Shown piece by piece: positions 55,412-63,406 of a stretch of DNA of 64,000 nt (positions within the stretch are counted from its first letter, which is position 1; each line of letters begins with the position of its first letter). The translations under genes and the position numbers were made by a program. The DNA lies in IMG/VR virus record IMGVR_UViG_2974670102_000001, positions 32,001 through 96,000 of that record; one strand, given 5' to 3'. The notes below the pieces were generated by a model. It searched no databases. It saw only the letters and a list, made by a program, of their open reading frames with translations, and had not been told where the DNA came from. This stretch comes from a virus (Duplodnaviria; Caudoviricetes).

Positions 55412-56530
55412 TTACTCGCCCGTCTTGAGCAAATACGAATTCGAAATCGCCTTAAAGCTGAAACCCGACTCCGCATGCTTGTAAACCTTGCCTTCAGCGG
55501 GCTTGCCGTTGATGCCCTTGTGCTCGGCGCGTGCCAGCAGATCGGCCTTCGTCTTCGCGATGTCGTACAGGCGGAAGTGGCCACCGACCGGAACGTGCTT
55601 GATGCCGAGTTCCTGAGCCAGATGCTCGACCTGAACCGGCGTCAGGTATTCCTGCGCGTCAATGTCCCACACGTCGTACAGGAAGAACGCGTGCGTGTCT
55701 GCCGGGAAGCCTTCGAAGTTCGACTGGATCGACGAACCGCACATTTCACCTTGAAGCGCGAGCGAGCGGCCGAGTGCTGCCGTCTTCTCCAGAAGTTGCT
55801 CCTGACGCGCAATGCGCCAGAACATGTTGTCTTCGGTCTCGACGAGATCGAGGTTGCGCGAGCACACGCTTTGCACGAGTTCCGGAAGCGCACCGTTTTC
55901 GTCAGCCTTTGCAAAACCAGCAAAGTACGGGCTGCTCGGAAGCAGAGTGTACGCGGTCAGCGACGAGCCGTCCATCTTCGTCGTTTCTTGGAAGACCTCT
56001 TCGCCCCACTTCTCGAACAGATCGCGGATGTTCTGCACGCGCTCCTGATCGGTCTTCGGGATGAAGTGCGGGAAGTTGCCGCGTGCGGTGCCGCGCAGGT
56101 TCGCGGGCAGCACCTTTTCCCACTTGACGATGCCCAGCGTTTCCGTCAGATCGACTTCAGCGATCTGCTCGTCGGTCAGGTCGGCCGCGCGATACGTCTT
56201 GTCCTCGACGCTGAAGTCGCTCAGTTCGGGGTACAGCGACAGCGGGAGCAGCAGGCCCTGCGAGAGTTGGCCTTTCAGCTTCATCGACTTGATGCGGGCA
56301 CCGCGCTTGCCCTCGAACGTGATGAAGCGCGGTTCGAGGAACGCATAGCGCTCGTCGTCGGCCGACAGGAACGAGTCGATTTCGAAATAGACGCCGATAT
56401 CGCCCACCTTGAATTCACCCTTCTTGACGACGCATTGCCAGCCGTCGATGAGGGCGAGTTCGATGAGATCGGCACCCGTGATCGGTTCGAGTGCGGTGAC
56501 GCGACGGAACGTTGCGAGTTTGCGAGTCAT
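55412..56530 (-). CDS. ATP-dependent RNA ligase, DRB0094 family
   Basis: RKLA...PITGADLIE...GWQCVVKKGEF...YFEIDS; SQGL; PKTDQER; KMDGSS; SRN; QGE; EG; SFKAISN.YL. Confidence 0.92.
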   Translation of the reverse strand: MTRKLATFRRVTALEPITGADLIELALIDGWQCVVKKGEFKVGDIGVYFEIDSFLSADDERYAFLEPRFITFEGKRGARIKSMKLKGQLSQGLLLPLSLYPELSDFSVEDKTYRAADLTDEQIAEVDLTETLGIVKWEKVLPANLRGTARGNFPHFIPKTDQERVQNIRDLFEKWGEEVFQETTKMDGSSLTAYTLLPSSPYFAGFAKADENGALPELVQSVCSRNLDLVETEDNMFWRIARQEQLLEKTAALGRSLALQGEMCGSSIQSNFEGFPADTHAFFLYDVWDIDAQEYLTPVQVEHLAQELGIKHVPVGGHFRLYDIAKTKADLLARAEHKGINGKPAEGKVYKHAESGFSFKAISNSYLLKTGE

Positions 56531-56551
56531 GTGTTTGTTGCCTCCTTGGCG

Positions 56552-57250
56552 TTAAACGTTGAATGCGATTTCGTCGGTGCGCTTGCGCCGACGCGTTGCC
56601 TTACCTTCTGCCGGTGCCTCGTCCTTCGTCAGGAACCACTCGGGGACCGCATCGAGCGACGGCGGTTCATACGCTTCGACGACGCTCGACTTCTTGATCA
56701 CCTTGTTCGACGGATCGAACACCAGACCTTGCTCGCGCAGGGACGCGCGTTTCTGCTTCCACTGCGAGAACGTGAGCAGCGAACCCGATTCGATGGACTC
56801 GGGGGGCATGTACATCGTGAACGACTTGCCGCGCTGCTGGCGGTCGGGGGAGCCGATCAGAATAACCTGCCCCTTCGACGTATAGCCCGCGACGTAGCCC
56901 ACCAGATAATTCGACACGTACTCGGTGCCGACGCAGAAGTAGAACTTCTGGCCCGGTTCGTACTGCTTTTTCTTCTGACGCAGGAGCGCGGTCGCGATCC
57001 GGCGTTGCTTCGGATTCCAGTTTCGGAACAACGTCACGAATTGCACGAACTGATCCGAGTTACCGCAGAGTTGCGTGGCGTCAGGCGTGTAGCAGGACGG
57101 GGCCACGGCCCCGGCCTTAATGCCTTCATCCTTGCAGATTTTCTCGTGGTCACTGTGGCGGTGTGCTTCCCAATGGAGGCATTCGCCACAGCGATAGCTG
57201 TCGGTCAACGCCTTGGGGAGCGCGGAAGTCAGCGAGTCTTTCTTTTGCAC
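56552..57250 (-). CDS. hypothetical protein with N-terminal Cys cluster
   Basis: 232 aa; CGEC.H...C...C. Confidence 0.7.
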   Translation of the reverse strand: MQKKDSLTSALPKALTDSYRCGECLHWEAHRHSDHEKICKDEGIKAGAVAPSCYTPDATQLCGNSDQFVQFVTLFRNWNPKQRRIATALLRQKKKQYEPGQKFYFCVGTEYVSNYLVGYVAGYTSKGQVILIGSPDRQQRGKSFTMYMPPESIESGSLLTFSQWKQKRASLREQGLVFDPSNKVIKKSSVVEAYEPPSLDAVPEWFLTKDEAPAEGKATRRRKRTDEIAFNV

Positions 57251-57332
57251 TTTGCGTCCTTTCGTGGTTGGTGTCAGAAAGGGGCCCGCAGACCCCGAAT
57301 TAACAGCAGTCTATTACAGCAAGACTTGCGTG

Positions 57333-57665
57333 TCAAGCACCAACGATACGAGAGGTCGGGACTTTGATGCCCGTGGTTTTCGTCACGTAGCTCGCGATCA
57401 GGTCTTCCGGGCACTGGCGCACGAACAACACCATGTCGTGCGGCATCGGGAACTCGTCGAGAGCGCCGAACACCTTGTGGTTCGAGAGGTACGGCGTGAG
57501 CATGACGCCGGTAGCGCCGTTGGGGCCCACGCCCGGGACCGCATGAAGTTCGAACGGCTTGTCGAGGCCGAGTTGCTTGTCGTTCTCGCCTGCGTAGCGT
57601 GCGATCACGGTCTGGCCGTTCTTGAGGTGGACCGCGATCACGGGCTGTTTCTGTGCTTCACTCAT
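57333..57665 (-). CDS. Sm-like fold phage protein
   Basis: VHLKNGQTVIA...LDKP...PY...Y...TTGI pattern. Confidence 0.6.
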   Translation of the reverse strand: MSEAQKQPVIAVHLKNGQTVIARYAGENDKQLGLDKPFELHAVPGVGPNGATGVMLTPYLSNHKVFGALDEFPMPHDMVLFVRQCPEDLIASYVTKTTGIKVPTSRIVGA

Positions 57666-58131
57666 TACCGAAATTTCTCCTATACATGTTTTCTAGTGCG
57701 AGATAGAGGATGGATTCACGCGACTTGCACTTGGGGTACACCTTCTTGAGCCTGTCGACCATCGCCTTCTGCTTACCGGTCAGTCGCAACATCACGAGCG
57801 CCGGTTTATTCGGATCGCCCTTTGTCGCGGCCCACGCATTGTACACGACGGTCGCAAGTTCGAGCAATCTAGTTGCAGCCTTAGCAGGTTCCCCCTTCAG
57901 CAAATCGAAGTGCGGTTTGCCGGACTGGAGACGCAGTGCGATAGCGTGCACACGGTTGTGGTGGTCAGCGCAAAGGGTGACGGTGGGGCCGTCGGTGCCA
58001 CCGAAGTTACGGGGCACCACGTGATGCACTTCCCGGGATGCGGGTCCGGGCGGGACCGAATCCGTAAATCGCTGCTCGCACACATAGCAGTGCGGAAGGA
58101 TCACGTGTTTGACTTGTTGGTCAGCCGCCAT
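57658..58131 (-). CDS. HNH endonuclease with possible C-terminal ribbon-helix-helix
   Basis: CYVC...EVHHVVPRNFGG...TLCADHH; start re-assigned to MAADQQ. Confidence 0.75.
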   Translation of the reverse strand: MAADQQVKHVILPHCYVCEQRFTDSVPPGPASREVHHVVPRNFGGTDGPTVTLCADHHNRVHAIALRLQSGKPHFDLLKGEPAKAATRLLELATVVYNAWAATKGDPNKPALVMLRLTGKQKAMVDRLKKVYPKCKSRESILYLALENMYRRNFGNE

Positions 58132-58630
58132 AGGACTTGGCGGTGTCTTGGTAATAGTCCGAGGACGGAGCATACCGGTAGTCGCGCGTAAGCTGCACTT
58201 CGTGGCTGAACGTGAGCATGCGACGGTCGATAGTGCCAAGCACGTGCGTGATGCTGTTGACGAACGTGCGGACGTGGCGCTTGAGCGGGACCATATGCGG
58301 CACCAGCACCATGTGCGGGAAGTAGAGATTCCCGTAGAACTCGTTCGGAGCCTCTTCGCGCAGGTCTTGAGCCCGAGTCAGCAGATCATCGCTGGACAGC
58401 GGCAGGATCAGCGACGAGTCACCGAGGGCCGTGTCGTACCAGATGCCCATATAGCCGGGCCGTGCACGATACACTGCACCCGTGTCGTCGAGCTTCATTT
58501 CGGTCTCGGAGATATTGAGCGAGACATAGGCCGCATCGAAGTTCACCTCGAACGGGCAACCGTTGAACACGGTGCGCAAGTAGTCCAGAGTTTCGTTCGT
58601 GGGAAGGGCCATCGTTTCGTACAGTTTCAT
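58121..58630 (-). CDS. 2H-phosphoesterase-fold (Acb1-like) protein with degenerate motifs
   Basis: Colinear with T4 Acb1/57B; HxT motifs appear as YVS and HMV. Confidence 0.55.
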   Translation of the reverse strand: MKLYETMALPTNETLDYLRTVFNGCPFEVNFDAAYVSLNISETEMKLDDTGAVYRARPGYMGIWYDTALGDSSLILPLSSDDLLTRAQDLREEAPNEFYGNLYFPHMVLVPHMVPLKRHVRTFVNSITHVLGTIDRRMLTFSHEVQLTRDYRYAPSSDYYQDTAKSYGG

Positions 58631-58640
58631 TCATTCACCT

Positions 58641-59621
58641 TTAACAGAAGCCCCAGTTACGCAGTTGCAGACTGCGACCGGAGAAAGCGGACGCGAAATC
58701 GTCCAGTTCAGACTCACGCATGATCCAGTACCACGAGGCACCAGCGTGCGGCATGGGACGCGAAGTCACGGTCGCGTAGCGCTGTTTCGTTTCCTTGCGG
58801 ATTCGCTTGAGCACTCCATCGACAGTGAGGTTCGATTTCGGGTTGATGCTGATCAGAACCTGATCGCGCAGCACCACGTAGCCACCCAGACTGTCGAACT
58901 TGAACCCCCGGGCACGCAGTATCCGGTCGTCCATGATCGTAGCCGGAACGGGCACCACGGAAGTGCGGCCCATAGTGAACGCGTGATCCGGATTGCACTT
59001 GGGCAATGAGTCACGTGCCCCAGTGACCGAGTTTATCACGTCCCCCAGATTGGAGGCAAATACAGGGTCTTTCAACTCGGACTCGGACAGGCGATCACCA
59101 GGGCCGTCATCGCGGTCACCGGATAGCAGCAGACTCTGTTCTTGCAGACGGGCAACCGACGCGCGGTACAGGTCTTCGAGCAGAGAACGCCATTTGCTGA
59201 TGGCGGACAAATCGACAGAACTTTCGTTCAATTCACCAAGGTAGGCAATTTCGCGAAGGCTTGTCAATTCGTTCTTGACTGCGCGCAGCGCGACGCTGGT
59301 GCCCTGCGGCAGGCCACGTGCACGGAACTCGCGTACGGCCTTCAGCGCGTCGGTCAGGCGCTTCATCTGGCGCTCCTTGCTGACGGAGCCCATGCCCGGA
59401 AGTCGTCGGAACGCAGTATTCGAATCGTCGAGCAGTGCTCGGATGTCGTCCACTCGTTTTTGCAGCCCGTCAATGATCTGGCGGGGCTCCTTACCGTTCT
59501 TCGATCCGAGTTGCAGCATCGGTATCAGCTTACCAAGCTGAGACTGGTTCTTCGCAGTCAGGCCGTTGCGCGCCTGCATGCGGTCGAACGTCGAATCGAC
59601 GACGCGCTGATTGTTTTCCAT
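58641..59621 (-). CDS. hypothetical protein
   Basis: 326 aa; AATTTCA motif upstream. Confidence 0.7.
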   Translation of the reverse strand: MENNQRVVDSTFDRMQARNGLTAKNQSQLGKLIPMLQLGSKNGKEPRQIIDGLQKRVDDIRALLDDSNTAFRRLPGMGSVSKERQMKRLTDALKAVREFRARGLPQGTSVALRAVKNELTSLREIAYLGELNESSVDLSAISKWRSLLEDLYRASVARLQEQSLLLSGDRDDGPGDRLSESELKDPVFASNLGDVINSVTGARDSLPKCNPDHAFTMGRTSVVPVPATIMDDRILRARGFKFDSLGGYVVLRDQVLISINPKSNLTVDGVLKRIRKETKQRYATVTSRPMPHAGASWYWIMRESELDDFASAFSGRSLQLRNWGFC

Positions 59622-59662
59622 GGATAGCGTGAGTCCCTATGAAATTCAGGTGTATAAACGGC

Positions 59663-59699
59663 AGAAGGGGGCTCTGCGTCAACCACAGAGCCCCCTTCT
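59663..59699 (-). terminator. terminator-like hairpin
   Basis: AGAAGGGGGCTCTG...CAGAGCCCCCTTCT, 14 bp stem. Confidence 0.65.
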
Positions 59700-59731
59700 T
59701 AGCTTAGCGCTTCAGGCGCGGCGTCCGATGC

Positions 59732-60202
59732 TTACAGCAGGTCGTACGTTTCGCCCTTCGTTGCTGCGGCCTTCGGAGCCTTCGCTGCCTTTGCCGGTGC
59801 TGCCTTCGGTGCAGCGGCCTTCTTCGCTGCCGGTGCAGCCTTCGCTGCCTTCGGTGCCTTTGCCGGAGCGGCGGCCTTCGCTGCCTTTGCCGGAGCGGCT
59901 GCGACCTTGCGCTTCGATGCCGGAACGTCGGCGTCCGATGCCTTCGCCTTCTTCGCGACCGGAGCGGCCTTCGCTGCCTTTGCCGGTGCTGCCTTCTTGG
60001 CGGCCGGTGCAGCCTTCGTCTTTGCTGCTGCGGCCACGGCCGTCAGCTTCGCGACTTGTGCTTCCAGCTTGGCGATCTGCTTGGCTTGCGCGCCGATGGT
60101 CTTCTCCGATGCTGCTGCGCCCTTTGCTGCGTCCTTCAGGATTGCCGAGACTGCCGGTGCTGCTGCGACCTTCGTTGCTGCTGCCTTTGCGATACGTGCC
60201 AT
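59732..60202 (-). CDS. histone H1-like (AlgP/Hc2-type) basic DNA-binding protein
   Basis: Many PAKAAKA repeats after a short coiled coil; start MARIAK with AAGGA RBS. Confidence 0.8.
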   Translation of the reverse strand: MARIAKAAATKVAAAPAVSAILKDAAKGAAASEKTIGAQAKQIAKLEAQVAKLTAVAAAAKTKAAPAAKKAAPAKAAKAAPVAKKAKASDADVPASKRKVAAAPAKAAKAAAPAKAPKAAKAAPAAKKAAAPKAAPAKAAKAPKAAATKGETYDLL

Positions 60203-60269
60203 GATTGTACTTCCTTCTAACGAGTTGATGAGGTTTTGAAGAGGTGCCGAATTCGTTTCGACTACACTC

Positions 60270-60349
60270 TCTTTACTACAGGTTGAAATTGCGTTTTGTG
60301 CAATCCCGAAAAGAGAGCGTAGTATCTCACACTTCCGGGAAGCACACAA
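60270..60349 (-). promoter_or_regulatory. stacked promoters: sigma70-like, AATTTCA and TGTAGTAAAGA
   Basis: TTGTGT-17-GATACT (60321-60349); AATTTCA (60284-60290); TGTAGTAAAGA (60270-60280). Confidence 0.55.
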
Positions 60350-60367
60350 CAATTATTTCAACTTTCT

Positions 60368-61771
60368 TTACAGGGCGTTGCTGAAAAGCGACACCTTGTC
60401 CGACTGCTTGAAACTGCGCTTCGCGCTCTTGGCCACGTCGACTGCCGAGCGGGCCAGTGCTACCACCGGCTCCGAGTTCGGGATCGTCGGGATCACGACT
60501 GCGATAGCGGTGCTGCCGCCTACCTTGATGAACGACTGCTCGCCCACCTTGAACGGTTGCAGCAGACCCAGTTCCGAGAAGCGAACCTTGCCAGCGCTTT
60601 CCAGCGCCTCTTCGTGAACGTCAAGCGTCGTGCCGTCGAAGAAGTTGACCCGGACGATCCCTTCGGCCACGCGGGTCACCACTTGGCCGAGGCCCTGCAC
60701 CGAGTGGCGGACGGCGGCACCAAGTGCGAAGCCGGTTTCCGGATAACGCGGGTTCGTCAGGTTCAGGCCCATCGGGTCCAGAATCTGGGTTCCCGTGTTC
60801 TGGATCACGGCATCGTCCGTCTCGCTGACGCCGCCCACGATCACCAGAACGTCGCCGACCGTATCGCCCGGGTACGTGGCGAACAGCGCCTTCGAGATCG
60901 TGCCACCGACCGTACCGTCCTTGGTCTCGACTTGATCACCGATCAGGAAGCCGTAGCGTGCGGCGAGAACGTCTTCGGCACTCCATTCGGTTCCCCGGCT
61001 GGTCTGCTGGAGCGACAGCGGCTTGATCAGGGCTTCCGGGGGCACACCCTCGATCTCGACACCCTTCGACAGGACGCGGGTCTGAGCAGCCGTGTACGGA
61101 TTGCCTTCGAGGCCGACCGGAGTGCCAGCGTCTTGTGCCAGCGTCACGCCCTGAGCCGTGACAGCCGCCACGTAGAAGAGGCCGACAGCATCCTGAACGC
61201 CCGTGCCGAGGGCGGCGGTCGACGTGCGGTCGACGAGAACCAGATCGTCGAGAGCGATTCCCAGCTTTTCGAGGCGCTTTTCGACACGGCGCAGAGCCTT
61301 TGCGTCGGAGTTCAGGCTGTCGGCCGTTGCTCCGGCATCGATTGCGAGGAAGTACGGGAGTGCTTCCTTGTTGTCGACGATTGCGTACAGCTTGTCACGC
61401 TTGACGAATGCGAGAACACGCGCGCCGTCGATCTTCTGGCCCGGCTTGAAGCCGCGCTCGATTGCCTCTGCCTCGGCGGCCCGCAGATCGACGTTTGCCG
61501 CCTTGATCTCTTCTTCGCTCAGCTTGGTAAGGCGACCGAAGTCGTCATCCGTCGACACGATCAGTTGAACCGAGAGGTCCGTGTAGTCAGCGATGATCAC
61601 GTTCGTGGTTCCAGCCTTCTTGTCGTTCAGGACTTCGAGGACGAGGACCGGAACCGCGCCGAGCGTGACGCCGTTACCGTCTGCGTGATACCGGGCCGAC
61701 ACCAGACCATGGACCGTACCGACCGTGATACCGTACTGCTCTTGAACCTTCTTTTCAAACTTCTTCGACAT
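60368..61771 (-). CDS. hypothetical multi-SH3/Tudor-like protein
   Basis: Start MSKKFE with GGAG RBS; repeated G...G..V beta-barrel-like units. Confidence 0.7.
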   Translation of the reverse strand: MSKKFEKKVQEQYGITVGTVHGLVSARYHADGNGVTLGAVPVLVLEVLNDKKAGTTNVIIADYTDLSVQLIVSTDDDFGRLTKLSEEEIKAANVDLRAAEAEAIERGFKPGQKIDGARVLAFVKRDKLYAIVDNKEALPYFLAIDAGATADSLNSDAKALRRVEKRLEKLGIALDDLVLVDRTSTAALGTGVQDAVGLFYVAAVTAQGVTLAQDAGTPVGLEGNPYTAAQTRVLSKGVEIEGVPPEALIKPLSLQQTSRGTEWSAEDVLAARYGFLIGDQVETKDGTVGGTISKALFATYPGDTVGDVLVIVGGVSETDDAVIQNTGTQILDPMGLNLTNPRYPETGFALGAAVRHSVQGLGQVVTRVAEGIVRVNFFDGTTLDVHEEALESAGKVRFSELGLLQPFKVGEQSFIKVGGSTAIAVVIPTIPNSEPVVALARSAVDVAKSAKRSFKQSDKVSLFSNAL

Positions 61772-61888
61772 GCTTCTGTTTCTCCGTTTCGGATTAAAGC
61801 CAGATGTTTGGATCGGGTATCTGGCACATCCCGTTTGCAACAGCGAGGATTGAACTATATCAAGCACAATCCTCACCGTCAACTCCTT

Positions 61889-63406
61889 TTACACAACTTT
61901 GAACTTTTGCGACGCCTTTGCAGATTCGTACGCGCGGTCCTTCTCGATTGCGGGTATCAGGCTCTCCAGATCGGCCAGAATCTTGCCCTTCGGCTTCTTC
62001 TGCCACGAGCCGAGTTGCTTCAGGTGGGCTTGTTGCTCCTTCAGCTTGATCTTCATCTGCTCTTGATCCATGCGCGACCACCGACGCGTCGGCAGATCGA
62101 GAAGCTGCTTGGCCTGTTCAGCCGTCACCTTCATCAACTTGACGAGCATCGCGTCCGGGTCTTTCGCTTTAAGGGCCTTCATCAGCGAATCGACGTGATC
62201 GACAGCGTAGATCAAGAGTTCCGTGTACGCAATAGCGGCCTCTTGCTTCTTGATCCGGTACGCCAACGATTTCAGTTCGAGTTCGGTGCGCAATTCGAGC
62301 CACTTCTTCAGCAACTCAGGAATCGAGAGCGATAGGAAGTGGGTTTCAAAGTCGATCTTGCCATCGTTCTCGATGACTTCGCGCAGCGTCACGTTGATCT
62401 TGAACGAACGGTTCTGAAGCGTGGCCTTTCGTACCTTCTCGACGAATTTGTCAAACTGCGCGTAGTTGTACGCGGGTTTGCACTCGATGGAGTAGGTGGT
62501 GCTCCCCTTCGAGTTGTAGCAGCGCTGCGTCTCCGGGAACGTGCGTACCTTCTGCACGAACTTCTCGATGTTGGTGCCCGGGGGCCAATCACTGATCGTG
62601 ATCCGCTTGTTATCGCGGTCGATATCGAGCAGAGATTCGAACTGCACCTTACCCTTGCTCGTCTCGAACATGGAGAGCCAACCCTTCTGGTTCTCCTTGG
62701 TCTTGACGAGTTGGCCACCGTACTTGTGCGAGTACTTCAGCGTCTTCGCGTAGTCACGCGCCGTCAGGTCTTCACCCTTCAGCATCCGTTGCAGGATCGC
62801 TACCACGGATTCCGGTGTGAACGTCGGCAGGTGCGTCGTGATGCCGACGCCGATACCCTCACCGCCGTTCAGCAACACGTTCGGAAGCTGGGCCGGAAGC
62901 GTCACCGGCTCGATCTCCGAATCATCGAAGTTCGGGACGAACGTCGTCACGTCCTTGTGGATGTAGTCCGGTTGCATGAACGACAGCCCGTACTGGCTCA
63001 TGCGTGTGTTCGTGTATCGCGCGGCTGCTGCACCGTCGACCATCGAACCCCAGTTGCCGTCACCCAGCATTGTCGGGCTGCTCTGGTTCACGAGCGTGAC
63101 CAGTGCATCGTATGCCGCGCCGTCACCGTGCGGGTGGTACTTACCGATCACGTCACCAACGAGACGAGCCGATTTGATGAAACGCTTCTCCTGATGGGAT
63201 GCAGCCCACAGGATACGGCGGTGCACTGGTTTCAGGCCGTCGAACAGGTCGGGAACCGAACGGTCGAGGTTCACGGTCACGCCGTAGACCTTCATGTTGC
63301 GGTTGCCGAAATCGCGCAGCGTCTCGTGGCCGAGGTTGCGGTCTTCACCGGGGGCCCGGGCCGAAGCCCCCTTCTTCGTCTTCAACGTATCCTTCTTCGT
63401 TGCCAT
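61889..63406 (-). CDS. type IIA DNA topoisomerase subunit A (GyrA/ParC-like, no C-terminal pinwheel)
   Basis: RSVPD..DGLKPVHRRIL, KSARLVGDVIGKYHPHGD, GNWGS, AAARYT (catalytic Tyr), LLNG..GIGVG. Confidence 0.95.
   Translation of the reverse strand: MATKKDTLKTKKGASARAPGEDRNLGHETLRDFGNRNMKVYGVTVNLDRSVPDLFDGLKPVHRRILWAASHQEKRFIKSARLVGDVIGKYHPHGDGAAYDALVTLVNQSSPTMLGDGNWGSMVDGAAAARYTNTRMSQYGLSFMQPDYIHKDVTTFVPNFDDSEIEPVTLPAQLPNVLLNGGEGIGVGITTHLPTFTPESVVAILQRMLKGEDLTARDYAKTLKYSHKYGGQLVKTKENQKGWLSMFETSKGKVQFESLLDIDRDNKRITISDWPPGTNIEKFVQKVRTFPETQRCYNSKGSTTYSIECKPAYNYAQFDKFVEKVRKATLQNRSFKINVTLREVIENDGKIDFETHFLSLSIPELLKKWLELRTELELKSLAYRIKKQEAAIAYTELLIYAVDHVDSLMKALKAKDPDAMLVKLMKVTAEQAKQLLDLPTRRWSRMDQEQMKIKLKEQQAHLKQLGSWQKKPKGKILADLESLIPAIEKDRAYESAKASQKFKVV

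Noticed and set aside
59760-60030. Tandem DNA repeats (GCCTTCGCTGCCTTTGCCGG...) that could resemble a CRISPR or VNTR array
   Set aside because: They encode the PAKAAKA repeats of the histone-like protein; there are no unique spacers of constant length and no cas genes.
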